Positions 47,940 through 56,822 are shown, counted from the first letter of the stretch. The stretch is 64,000 nt of DNA from Gemmatimonadales bacterium (GCA_038203795.1 JBBRDP010000001.1:1024-65023), one strand, 5' to 3'. Notes: generated by a model from the letters alone, not told the origin. Numbers and translations are program-made.

Positions 47940-47969
47940 GCTCACGTGCCCGGCCCGCTCAGCCGCAGT

Positions 47970-49250
47970 CTAGTTCGGTGCCCGCACCCCCGGCCCGCCG
48001 TAGCTGCGCGACCCACCCACCGTCGGGCCGTTCACTCCCACCCCGTAGTCGTTATTTGTCGAGGACACGTACTGGCGAATGCTCCCCGGAAACGGAGACG
48101 TGCGGGCGTTCTTGCCAAACGGATCGGTGTACCACGTAGTTGGTCCGTCGACGTTTCGCACCGTGTTGTTGTTGATATCGATTTGCCGACGTACGCCGTT
48201 GAATGGTGAACGCGCGTCGTCATACGGCAGCAGCGTGAACGCCGCGCCGCCCGACGTCAGCACCGAGATCGCCTGCGCCACGGCGTCGCACTCGTTGCCC
48301 CGCGCGCGTCGTGCCTCGTGCTGGTGCGCGCTACACAACGCGGCCGGTCGACCAACATTGTCACTCGCCCCGCGCTCGAAGTACCGGCTCGGACGGAACA
48401 CCTGAAAGTACGGATCGAACGACGCGATGGACTTGTTTCCGTCGGCCATTCGGATGGTGGTGTGCGTCTCCCAACTCTCGTGCAGCGCGCCGAAATCCGA
48501 CTTTGATCCCGCACCCACGAGCAGGCGCGACTCAAGGCAGCTCCAATCCGGAATCTTGCGCCGCCCGTCACCGTTGGGCGAGTTGACGGGCGTTGCCGGC
48601 CCAACCTGCACCGTGCCGCCGCACGTGCGTTCGAATTCTCCCGGACGTCCGATCGCCGTGAGCACGGTGATGTGCATCTCCGTCCGATCGGTACAACGCA
48701 CGTGATAGTTGAGTTCGTGCAAGTTGTTGGTGAAGGCGTCCTTCGAGTGCGTGCCTTGATGCAGTTTGGTGAGCACATCACAGCGCACCTCGAGCAATGC
48801 ACCCGCGCCGCCGTTGGTGCGCATCAGCACGTCGTTCTCCCACTCCACCTTGTGCCCCACATGATCCTCGTGTCGGCGCATTCCGATGTCCGCGGCGTCG
48901 AGCTGTTCGTTCGCGTAGCCGAACGCGGGATCACCAACCCGTGCGTACAGCGCGGAACCACGCGGATCGCGACCGTGCTCGTGCCCAAAGCTGCAGCCGC
49001 TCAATGGGTCCACCGGCGGATGCCACGCAGGGTAGCGTTTGCCGTCCGGGCCGAGTGTGCTGTAGCGGTCGTGCACGGCCTTCGGGCATTCGCCTGGTCC
49101 GGGTGTCCAGATGCCGAAGGACACCGCGGCTGTGGCGGCTTCGAGCTGCGGCCCGGTCGGGGCGACAGGGCTCGCCTGGTCTGCGGCGCACGAGAGCGAG
49201 AGTCCGATCAGACCGATACGCCCGACGTGTCTCACAAATCGCATTGTCAT
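47970..49250 (-). CDS. uncharacterised His/Glu-rich lipoprotein
   Basis: ATG 49250, lipobox LIGLSLSCAADQ. Mature protein of ~400 aa with HEHGRDPRG, RRHEDHVGHKVEWEN, LHQGTHSKD, LHELNYH and LHESWETH clusters, plus several Cys pairs. I recognise no family. Confidence 0.55.
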   Translation of the reverse strand: MTMRFVRHVGRIGLIGLSLSCAADQASPVAPTGPQLEAATAAVSFGIWTPGPGECPKAVHDRYSTLGPDGKRYPAWHPPVDPLSGCSFGHEHGRDPRGSALYARVGDPAFGYANEQLDAADIGMRRHEDHVGHKVEWENDVLMRTNGGAGALLEVRCDVLTKLHQGTHSKDAFTNNLHELNYHVRCTDRTEMHITVLTAIGRPGEFERTCGGTVQVGPATPVNSPNGDGRRKIPDWSCLESRLLVGAGSKSDFGALHESWETHTTIRMADGNKSIASFDPYFQVFRPSRYFERGASDNVGRPAALCSAHQHEARRARGNECDAVAQAISVLTSGGAAFTLLPYDDARSPFNGVRRQIDINNNTVRNVDGPTTWYTDPFGKNARTSPFPGSIRQYVSSTNNDYGVGVNGPTVGGSRSYGGPGVRAPN

Positions 49251-49329
49251 GACGCCATCGCGCCGCGCCGAGCGCATCGCCACAGCGCGAACGGGCGCAC
49301 GAATCACACATATCGTCATCGTACGTGCC

Positions 49330-49995
49330 TCAGAACCAGGTGATGGACAACGTTGAGCGCCACAGGCCGAGGCTTGCATTGTCGGCGACGTTGTTGCCGG
49401 TGCGGCGGCTGGCGAGCGCGCCGCCTGTGCTCGCCACGACACTGATCGCCGGCGAGAGCAGCACGCCGCGGTATGGCACATCCCACCCCAGACCGAGCGT
49501 GAGGGCGGGGGAGGTCGCGTCAAAGCGGGTATTGCCGTCGTCGACGCTGAATCGCGAGGTGCCCGCGCCGCCGGTGACGTGCATGGCGCGATTGGCGAGC
49601 GGATAGTGGCGCGCGATCAGTTGCGTTCCGCGCGCCATGCGGTCCACGCCGTTGCCAATGACATCGAGCCACGCCCACGTTTCGATGCCCACGTGGAAGC
49701 GTGGATGCGGACGCCCGCCAATCGAAAGCGTTCCCGCGAAGGCGGCCGTCTGATCGGACTGACAGGCGGCGCAGCGCAGTCCGGCGCTGCCACGCCCCAC
49801 GCCAACGGCGCCCCACAGACCGACGCGCTTGGCGAACGCGCGCGCATCCCGGGCGATAGCGCCCGGCGTCGCCAGGCGTGGCGCGCTGCCAGTGGAATCC
49901 GTTGCGCTGCGCGATTGTGCCTGCAGCTCATGCGCCGCTGTCACGCTGCCAATCAGCAGCGCTACGGTGAGGACGGCGCGCGGTAGCAACCACAT
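49330..49995 (-). CDS. small outer-membrane beta-barrel protein
   Basis: Signal peptide MWLLPRAVLTVALLIGSVTAAHELQAQ, alternating-hydrophobicity strands, C-terminal ..LSITWF. An upstream ATG at 50088 is an alternative start. Confidence 0.55.
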   Translation of the reverse strand: MWLLPRAVLTVALLIGSVTAAHELQAQSRSATDSTGSAPRLATPGAIARDARAFAKRVGLWGAVGVGRGSAGLRCAACQSDQTAAFAGTLSIGGRPHPRFHVGIETWAWLDVIGNGVDRMARGTQLIARHYPLANRAMHVTGGAGTSRFSVDDGNTRFDATSPALTLGLGWDVPYRGVLLSPAISVVASTGGALASRRTGNNVADNASLGLWRSTLSITWF

Positions 49996-50224
49996 CGTGG
50001 CAACAGCGCGACGCGGCAACGTCAGCGGTGCGAACCGTTGGCGTGCGAAGCGCGTGGTCGCAGGGCGTGGGGTGGAAGAGGCGGGCATGGTCGGTCACTC
50101 CGGACAAGTCGAGGGATGCGCAGAAGCTCGCCAGTTTGTGGGGGACATGCCGAATCTCTCCGTACCCAGCCTCACACCTTGTATGTGATCTCGCCCGTCG
50201 TGTGACACGTGAGAATGCCGATGT

Positions 50225-50300
50225 CGCGGTGTCACTGCCCTCGGTCACCGCGGTCGGTCACTGCCATTGGGCACCGCGGTTGGTCACTGCCATCGGTCAC
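50225..50300. repeat. three tandem copies of a ~25-bp unit in the divergent promoter region upstream of the SRAP gene
   Basis: CGCGGTGTCACTGCCCTCGGTCAC / CGCGGTCGGTCACTGCCATTGGGCAC / CGCGGTTGGTCACTGCCATCGGTCAC. The array ends 55 nt before ATG 50355. Confidence 0.8.
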
Positions 50301-50354
50301 TACATTTCGTCGGTGCCGCAGGCGAAACTGCGCGCGCGCGCCCACTATTCATGC

Positions 50355-51077
50355 ATGTGTGGACGATACGGACTCTCCGCTCCGCAACGCACATCCGAGC
50401 TCTCGCTCGATGCGTCGCTGCTGGCTGATGTGCGCGACGCTGCGCCGCGGTGGAACATTACGCCGTCGCAGGCGGTGTACGCTGTGGCGGGTGATGCTCA
50501 CGGTATCCGGCCGGCGCGTCTACGCTGGGGTCTCGTGCCGTTCTGGGCGAAGGAGCCGTCAATCGGCAATCGACTTGCGAACGCACGCAGCGAATCGGTG
50601 CGCCGCAAGCCGGCGTTCCGACGCGCGTTTGCATCGCGTCGCGCGATCGTGCTGGCCGATCTCTACTACGAGTGGCAAGTGCTCCCCGGAGCACGTGTCA
50701 AGCAACCGTGGTGTATTCGTCAGCGCGGCGATCGCCCGTTTGCACTGGCGGCGCTATGGGACATGTGGCAACCCCCAATACGGGCGGGCGGTCATGTGGA
50801 CGATCCGATCGCGACTTGCACGCTGATTACCACCGCCGCCAATACACACACGTCGTCCATTCACGATCGTATGCCGGTGATTGTGGCCGAGCGCGACTTC
50901 GCGTCGTGGCTCGATGTGCGCACGCCGCTCGACGCGGTGGAGTCGCTGCTCCGACCATGGTCTGACGATTCCTTGTATGCGTTTCGGGTGAGCACGTGGG
51001 TGAACAGCCCGGCGCATGACGACGCGCGCTGCATCGCGCCGCTCGCCGCCGACGCGGAGACGCAGCGCGACGGGTGA
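50355..51077 (+). CDS. SOS response-associated peptidase (SRAP/YedK family, abasic-site DNA-protein crosslink)
   Basis: MCGRYGL N-terminus (catalytic Cys2), NITPSQ, LRWGLVPFWAK, NARSESV, ILADLYYEW, TTAAN..IHDRMPVIV. The start must be the Met preceding Cys2. Confidence 0.9.
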   Translation: MCGRYGLSAPQRTSELSLDASLLADVRDAAPRWNITPSQAVYAVAGDAHGIRPARLRWGLVPFWAKEPSIGNRLANARSESVRRKPAFRRAFASRRAIVLADLYYEWQVLPGARVKQPWCIRQRGDRPFALAALWDMWQPPIRAGGHVDDPIATCTLITTAANTHTSSIHDRMPVIVAERDFASWLDVRTPLDAVESLLRPWSDDSLYAFRVSTWVNSPAHDDARCIAPLAADAETQRDG

Positions 51078-51086
51078 CGTCGAGTG

Positions 51087-51968
51087 TTACGGCGCGCCCG
51101 GTGGCAGCGCGTACCGACGCAGATAGAGATTGATCGAGCCGATTTTGAGGCTCGTTTTCATCTGCACCATGAAGCGGTAGGGATCGTCCGAGATCCAGAC
51201 TTCGGCCTTGCCGTCTTCCGAGAAAATGCCGCGCGACTGGAACGTGGGCTGCAGCACGACCGTGGGAAACACGCCGGCCGCCACCTTGATCGTATCCTTG
51301 CGCAACACGCGAATGCGCACGGGATTTGACTTGGGATTGAAGTAGCGCGGGACTTCGTATGTCTTGCCAACTTCCAGCGGAATCGTGCGCACGAAGTAGA
51401 GGAACGATCCATCGTCGAGCGGGTTGCTGACGCTCTCTTCTTCGGGTTTGCCGTTCTCCTGAAACACCGAGCGCTCGGGGAAAAGCTCGTACATGCGCGT
51501 GCGCTTGTACCCACCCTCGCTGATGCGCTGATGGAACCGGCGTGAACTCAGCGAAAAGACATCGAACCAGCTCTCCATGCTGTCGTCCACACGGAAGAAC
51601 GGAATGCCGCCCTTGATCGTGAACACGGTGTGCCACGACGGGCGTCCGCGCACATCGACGATTTCCTTGACTTCCATGATGCCGGTGCCAACCGACTGGA
51701 ACGAGAACTTGACGTCATACTCGAGGCGCTCGCCCACGGTAAACGGCACTGGCGCCATACCGGGAATGAGGGGCGCGTACGGTGACTTCGCCTGCATCTG
51801 ATCGGGCAGTGGTGATACAGGGCCGTTCGTCCGGGATTGCGCGAGCGCTGGCGTGGTCGCGCTTACGATCACCGTCGATGCCCCCAGGAACGCCGCCACC
51901 AGCATCACGCGCCGCGATGGGCGGGTGAGACGAGCGGACGTGCGATGGAGCAGAGTGTCAGCGTTCAT
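51087..51968 (-). CDS. DUF3108-like secreted protein
   Basis: Signal peptide, then GERLEYDVKFSFQSVGTGIMEV..HTVFTIKGG..SRRFHQRISEGGYKR..VAAGVFPTVVLQP..AEVWISDDPYRFMVQMKT, typical of DUF3108. Confidence 0.7.
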   Translation of the reverse strand: MNADTLLHRTSARLTRPSRRVMLVAAFLGASTVIVSATTPALAQSRTNGPVSPLPDQMQAKSPYAPLIPGMAPVPFTVGERLEYDVKFSFQSVGTGIMEVKEIVDVRGRPSWHTVFTIKGGIPFFRVDDSMESWFDVFSLSSRRFHQRISEGGYKRTRMYELFPERSVFQENGKPEEESVSNPLDDGSFLYFVRTIPLEVGKTYEVPRYFNPKSNPVRIRVLRKDTIKVAAGVFPTVVLQPTFQSRGIFSEDGKAEVWISDDPYRFMVQMKTSLKIGSINLYLRRYALPPGAP

Positions 51969-52078
51969 GAGCGGTACGGATGAGGCTCGAAAAAGCCAGA
52001 GGCAATCAGTTCGCGAGGCGACGGGTTATTCGAGGTTTATACCCCCCGAAGTCGGAAAAGGATGCGTCGCCAGCTGTG

Positions 52079-53179
52079 TCACACGTTGAAGCGGAAGAGT
52101 AGAATATCGCCGTCGCGCACGAGATACTCCTTTCCCTCACTGCGAACGACACCCTTTTCTTTCGCGCCCTTCCAACCGCCATGCGCGACAAACTCCTCGA
52201 AGCCAACCGTTTCCCCGCGAATGAAGCCGCGCTCGAAGTCGCTGTGAATGACCCCGGCGGCGACAGGCGCTGTATCGCCATGATGGATCGTCCACGCACG
52301 CACCTCCTGTTCCCCGGCGGTGAAGTACGTCTGCAGGCCAAGCAGGTGGTAGCCGGCGAGGATCAACCGATCGAGCCCCGCGCTGGTGATGCCCAATGAA
52401 CCGAGAAATTCCGCGCGCTCGTCGGGCGGTAACTCGGCCAGCTCGGATTCAATCTTCGCCGAGAAAGGGACGATTTCAGCGTGCTCGTTGCCGGCGGCTA
52501 CCGCTTCCCGCAGCGCCTTGAGCAGCGGTCCTTCGTCACCGGCGAGTTCGGCATCGGTCACGTTTGCCGCATAGAGCACGGGCTTGGCGCTGAGCAGCTG
52601 CAACCCTTCGAGCTGCTTCAGTTCGTCAGCGGTGAGTCCAGCGCGCCACAGTGGTGTCCCGGCACTCAACGCCGCGTTCGCTCGCTCCAGTGCGGGCAAC
52701 TCGGCCAGGGCGTCTTTGTCATTCGTGCGCGCGGCGCGTCTGGCCTTGTCGAGGCGCTTTTCTACCTGCGCGAGATCGGCCAGTGCGAGTTCGAGTTCGA
52801 TGATTTCCTTGTCGCGCACCGGATCGGGGTCGCCCATGACGTGCGTGACGTCGGGGTCTTCGAAGCAACGGATCACGTGTACAATCGCGTCGGTTTCTCG
52901 AATGTTCTGCAGAAACTTGTTGCCGAGCCCTTCACCGGTGGCGGCACCCTTCACGAGTCCGGCGATATCGACGAACTGCACGACGGCGGGGACGGTGCGC
53001 TTGGGTTGCACGATCTTCGTCAGTGCATCAAGCCGGGCGTCGGGAACTTCGACCATGCCGACGTTGGGGTCGACAGTGCAAAACGGATAGTTCGCCGCTT
53101 CCGCCTTGGCCGAAGTGAGGGCATTGAACAGAGTCGACTTCCCGACGTTCGGGAGTCCGACGATTCCAAGTTTGAGCAT
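52079..53179 (-). CDS. ychF: redox-regulated ATPase YchF (Obg-like)
   Basis: MLKLGIVGLPNVGKSTLFNALT, FCTVDPNVG, FVDIAGLVKGA, C-terminal TGS-like DFERGFIRGE..GKEYLVRDGDILLFRFNV. Confidence 0.95.
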   Translation of the reverse strand: MLKLGIVGLPNVGKSTLFNALTSAKAEAANYPFCTVDPNVGMVEVPDARLDALTKIVQPKRTVPAVVQFVDIAGLVKGAATGEGLGNKFLQNIRETDAIVHVIRCFEDPDVTHVMGDPDPVRDKEIIELELALADLAQVEKRLDKARRAARTNDKDALAELPALERANAALSAGTPLWRAGLTADELKQLEGLQLLSAKPVLYAANVTDAELAGDEGPLLKALREAVAAGNEHAEIVPFSAKIESELAELPPDERAEFLGSLGITSAGLDRLILAGYHLLGLQTYFTAGEQEVRAWTIHHGDTAPVAAGVIHSDFERGFIRGETVGFEEFVAHGGWKGAKEKGVVRSEGKEYLVRDGDILLFRFNV

Positions 53180-53340
53180 GAAAAATCAGGGGTGCCAGGA
53201 GGAGGCGGCTGACTGCCGACAATACGGAAATCTAATCGGGGCGGCGGTAGGAGAACGGGGGGAGATTTACGGTCGGGGCGCCGATGAGGCCGCAGCAACC
53301 GAAATCGCGTGTGCGGCCACAACAGCGACCATAACGACGA

Positions 53341-53388
53341 CGGCAACTCCAACTTCAACGGCAACTCCAACTTCAACGGCAACTTGAA
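53341..53388. repeat. 18-bp tandem repeat (2.6 copies) abutting the left IR arm
   Basis: CGGCAACTCCAACTTCAA x2, then CGGCAACTTGAAC. Confidence 0.85.
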
Positions 53389-53621
53389 CCGCGCAAAAGA
53401 AGGCGCGAAAAACGCGAAAGCGCGAAGAAGAGCAAGCGCAACATCTCGTGGCAGGGCCGGGTCGAGTCCAACCGTTTTAGACGGGCACTCCTCAAGAGCA
53501 CGTGTGCACGTTAGAAACGACTCAGAACCTGACCTGCGCACACTTCCACGGCAGTTGTATTGGCAGTTTTCGCGCTTTCGCGTTTTTCGCGCCTTCTTTT
53601 GCGCGGTTCAAGTTGCCGTTG
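53374..53621. repeat. 53-bp perfect inverted repeat with a 142-bp spacer
   Basis: Left arm 53374-53426 is CAACGGCAACTTGAACCGCGCAAAAGAAGGCGCGAAAAACGCGAAAGCGCGAA. Right arm 53569-53621 is its exact reverse complement, which I verified base by base. Confidence 0.9.
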
Positions 53622-53695
53622 CCGTTGCCGTTTCCGTTGCCGTTGAAGTTGCCCTTTCCGTTGCCCTTTCCGTTGCCCTTTCCGTTGCCCTTTCC
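53612..53695. repeat. GTTGCC-based microsatellite, including 12-bp GTTGCCCTTTCC x4, abutting the right IR arm
   Basis: GTTGCCGTTGCCGTTGCCGTTTCCGTTGCCGTTGAA, then (GTTGCCCTTTCC)x4 at 53648-53695. Confidence 0.85.
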
Positions 53696-53746
53696 GTGCC
53701 CGTGATCGTGCTGCAGGGGGCACCGCAGTCGCGCCAACCCTCGGAC

Positions 53747-53793
53747 GTGCAATCAAAACAAGAAGCCCCCACCGTTCAGCGAACAGTGGGGGC
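53747..53793 (-). terminator. rho-independent terminator of hppA
   Basis: On the (-) strand, 27 nt after the stop: GCCCCCAC-loop-GTGGGGGC stem (53765-53772 / 53786-53793), followed by TTCTTGTTTTGATT. Confidence 0.75.
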
Positions 53794-53819
53794 CTCCTCA
53801 CGACCATCGCGTCAACGCG

Positions 53820-55868
53820 TTACGCCAGGAACCACGGCGCGAGCACCAGGCTCACTACGCTCATGAGCTTGATGAGGATGTTCATCGCCGGGCCGCTCGT
53901 GTCCTTGAACGGATCGCCGACCGTGTCACCAACCACGGCGGCCTTGTGCGGATCGCTGCCCTTACCACCCGCGAGGCCGCCTTCGATCGCCTTTTTGGCG
54001 TTGTCCCACGCACCGCCCGCGTTCGCCATGAACAGTGCCATCATCACGCCCGTCACCGTTGCACCAGCGAGCACACCGCCGAGGGCGGAGACACCCACGA
54101 ACTTGCCAATGATTACCGGCACGAGGATGGCGACGACGCCCGGCAGTACCATCTCGCGAAGGGCCGCCTTGGTGGAAATTTCCACGCAACGCGCCGAGTC
54201 CGGCTTCACACCCGGCTTGCCTTCAAGCAGTCCCGGAATCTCCCGGAACTGACGGCGCACTTCTTCCACCATGCCCTGCGCGGCGCGACCAACTGCCGTC
54301 ATCGTTTGCGCGCCCACAAAGAATGGCATCACGCCACCGATGAACAAGCCGATCACCACCATCGGGTCAATGAGATTCAACGTCTGGAGATTGACCGCCG
54401 CTGCATACGCTGAAAAGAGCGCGAGTGCCGTCAGTGCCGCCGATCCAATCGCGAATCCCTTGCCGATCGCAGCAGTTGTATTGCCGAGCGCATCCAACCC
54501 GTCGGTAATGGCGCGGACTTCCTTGCCCAAATGACTCATCTCCGCAATACCACCGGCGTTATCCGAAATCGGACCGTACGCGTCGACCGACATCGTGACA
54601 CCAACCGTCGCCAGCATACCAACCGACGCAATCGCGATGCCGTACAATCCCGCCACCGAGAACGCCACAAAGATCGCGCCGCAGATGAGCAGGACGGGCA
54701 CGATGCAGCTCTCCATACCAATCGCGAGACCCGCGATGATGTTGGTGGCCGGGCCCGTCTTCGACGATTCCACAATGCGCCGCACCGGACCCATCGCGGT
54801 GTAGTACTCCGTCACCAGTCCAATGGCGATGCCCGAGACGCTACCGGCCAGCACGGCCCAGAACGGTCCAAGCGCCGGCAACAGCGTGCCGTCAGCGCGT
54901 GTCATGCCGAGCGGAAACTGCTGCGTGATGAAGTACGCGAACGCGAGGAACAGACCAGCCGCAATGAACGTGACCAGACGCAGCGCATTGGCCGGATCAC
55001 CCTTGGCGAGAATGCGCATAGTCAGAATGCCGACGAGCGACGCAACCAGTCCCGCAACGGTGTAGCCGATCGGCAACAGCATCGCCGTGAGGCGCGTGCC
55101 TTCGGGCACCAGCATTGAGGTGGCCGCGAGCGCGATCGTCGCGATGATGCCGCCGACGTAGCTCTCGAAGATGTCGGCGCCAAGTCCGGCCACGTCACCC
55201 ACATTGTCACCGACGTTGTCGGCGATCGTCGCGGGGTTACGCGGGTCGTCTTCGGGAATACCGGCTTCCACTTTGCCTACAAGGTCGGCGCCCACGTCGG
55301 CCGCCTTCGTGTAGATGCCGCCACCCACGCGGGCAAAGAGCGCGATGGACGACGCGCCCATGGCAAAACCCGAGATGATTTCTGAAAATAGTTTCGCGTT
55401 GCCCGTCAGTTCGTCGGCCGCGACAAACATCACCACGGCCGCGATACCAACGAGACCAAGCGAGGCGACGGCGAGGCCCATAATCGAGCCACCACCAAAC
55501 GCGACGTTGAGCGCGGCGGCCTGACCCGATGCGCGTGCCGCTTCCGCCGTGCGGACGTTCGCGGCCGTCGCGCCTTGCATACCGATCCAGCCGGCCGCCA
55601 CGGAGCACAAGCCACCGATGATGTACGCAATCGCCGTCTTCGTGCCGATCGCAAACCCGAGCAATCCGGCCACTACCAGCAGGAAGGGAATCAGGACCAT
55701 GTACTCGGCGCGCAGAAACGCCATGGCGCCGACATGAATTTCGCCGGCCAGATCCTGCATCACCTGATTTCCAGGCGACAGTTTCTTGACGCTGAAGAAT
55801 GTAACGAGCGTGGCGAGCAGGCCGATGGCGCCGGCGCTGAGCGCAATCAACGGAAGGTTGTCGAGCAT
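53820..55868 (-). CDS. hppA: membrane-integral H+(or Na+)-translocating pyrophosphatase
   Basis: [78 protein letters not shown]. 682 aa with ~16 TM helices. Confidence 0.95.
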   Translation of the reverse strand: MLDNLPLIALSAGAIGLLATLVTFFSVKKLSPGNQVMQDLAGEIHVGAMAFLRAEYMVLIPFLLVVAGLLGFAIGTKTAIAYIIGGLCSVAAGWIGMQGATAANVRTAEAARASGQAAALNVAFGGGSIMGLAVASLGLVGIAAVVMFVAADELTGNAKLFSEIISGFAMGASSIALFARVGGGIYTKAADVGADLVGKVEAGIPEDDPRNPATIADNVGDNVGDVAGLGADIFESYVGGIIATIALAATSMLVPEGTRLTAMLLPIGYTVAGLVASLVGILTMRILAKGDPANALRLVTFIAAGLFLAFAYFITQQFPLGMTRADGTLLPALGPFWAVLAGSVSGIAIGLVTEYYTAMGPVRRIVESSKTGPATNIIAGLAIGMESCIVPVLLICGAIFVAFSVAGLYGIAIASVGMLATVGVTMSVDAYGPISDNAGGIAEMSHLGKEVRAITDGLDALGNTTAAIGKGFAIGSAALTALALFSAYAAAVNLQTLNLIDPMVVIGLFIGGVMPFFVGAQTMTAVGRAAQGMVEEVRRQFREIPGLLEGKPGVKPDSARCVEISTKAALREMVLPGVVAILVPVIIGKFVGVSALGGVLAGATVTGVMMALFMANAGGAWDNAKKAIEGGLAGGKGSDPHKAAVVGDTVGDPFKDTSGPAMNILIKLMSVVSLVLAPWFLA

Positions 55869-56003
55869 GGGCGAGTGGTGAGGGTGAGTGCGTGTTCACA
55901 ACCACGGCAGCCCCCGAAGATAGCGCCCAGATGCGGTTGGGGCGACCCACGCACACCATGAGCCGCAAAATTCCCCCTGCAATCGCCAACTGACCGGGCC
56001 GAC

Positions 56004-56822
56004 CTACCAGGTCGCCGTCAGTCCAAGCAGCAGCTGGCCGTCATAGTACGTCCGAGCCCCGCGAGCTACGGCCTCGCTGTCGTAGTTGTCGAGCAGGCTC
56101 AGCGTAAGGGCTGTTCGCCGGGTGAGACCAACGGCCAGCTCGCTATTGCTCTGCACCACAAAGCGGTCGATCGCCGTGGCGCTGGGCCGCCAGAATACGA
56201 CGTGCGAAAATCGGGTGCGATCGTCGAAGGCGTGTCGCAGGCGAAAGCGGGTCGACCATCGAGTCAGCCGCGACGGGGCAGCGCCGAGGCTGTCCGGTGT
56301 GACGCGTTCGTCGAGCAGGGCCACGCTCAGGCTCACGTTGGTGCGCGCCGTACGACGCGCCGTGTACTTGACGCCCACGCCGGCATTGTAGCGGCTGGCA
56401 ATTCGCTTTTCGAGATTGGTCTCCACGGTGGCGAGGACGAACGGCGACCACGGGTTTTTCGGCCGCCAGTCGGCGGTAAGGGAGCCAAGCCAGATGCGCT
56501 TGATGACGCGGCGCGCCCCGTCATCGAGCGACGCTTCGCCGTAGAGCGTCTGCAGCGCGGCGTTCAGCTCGAGCACGGAATCCGCGCGCTCGACGGTGCC
56601 GCGGGCGCCAAACGATCGCTGTTCCGTGTCACCGAAGAGCAGCGCCCCGCTCCCCTGTGCACTCCCGCTCCACCGCGATACCTCAGCAACAGCTTGGGCC
56701 GAAAGCGCCGTACCGAAGACAAAGCCCGAGAGCGCGGTACCGACGCAGATCGCCGAAAGCGCCGGGCCGACGCACCGCTCCGCGCGTGTGCGCCACCAGG
56801 CGGCGCGCAGCGCGACACGCAC
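56004..56822 (-). CDS. DUF481-like outer-membrane beta-barrel protein
   Basis: Signal-like N-terminus. Pattern G..LLFGDTEQRSFGARGTVE.., LGSLTADWRP, NAGVGVKY, LSLLDNYDSEA.., ending ..LGLTATW. GTG start is uncertain. Confidence 0.65.
   Translation of the reverse strand: MRVALRAAWWRTRAERCVGPALSAICVGTALSGFVFGTALSAQAVAEVSRWSGSAQGSGALLFGDTEQRSFGARGTVERADSVLELNAALQTLYGEASLDDGARRVIKRIWLGSLTADWRPKNPWSPFVLATVETNLEKRIASRYNAGVGVKYTARRTARTNVSLSVALLDERVTPDSLGAAPSRLTRWSTRFRLRHAFDDRTRFSHVVFWRPSATAIDRFVVQSNSELAVGLTRRTALTLSLLDNYDSEAVARGARTYYDGQLLLGLTATW

Noticed and set aside
50028-50354. Open reading frame continuing 109 codons upstream of the SRAP MCGRY start, which would make a 349-aa protein that includes the tandem repeats.
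   Set aside because: SRAP/YedK enzymes use Cys2 as the N-terminal nucleophile after Met removal, so the functional start must be ATG 50355. The upstream stretch is repeat-derived and lies in a divergent promoter region.
53427-53568. The 142-bp spacer between the IR arms, considered as a tRNA-like, 6S or other known small RNA. It contains GGTCGAGTCCAACC, reminiscent of a T-arm.
   Set aside because: No acceptor, anticodon or D-arm pairing can be built around it, and the overall shape (53-bp perfect stem plus large loop) does not fit 6S, tmRNA, RNase P or SRP. It is left as unknown within the reported finding.
53374-53621. The inverted repeat, considered as a mobile element (IS/MITE).
   Set aside because: I do not call it a mobile_element. 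There is no transposase ORF, and I see no direct target-site duplication flanking the arms, because the flanks are different microsatellites. A MITE-like origin cannot be excluded without genome-wide copy-number data, so it is kept as a hypothesis in the finding.
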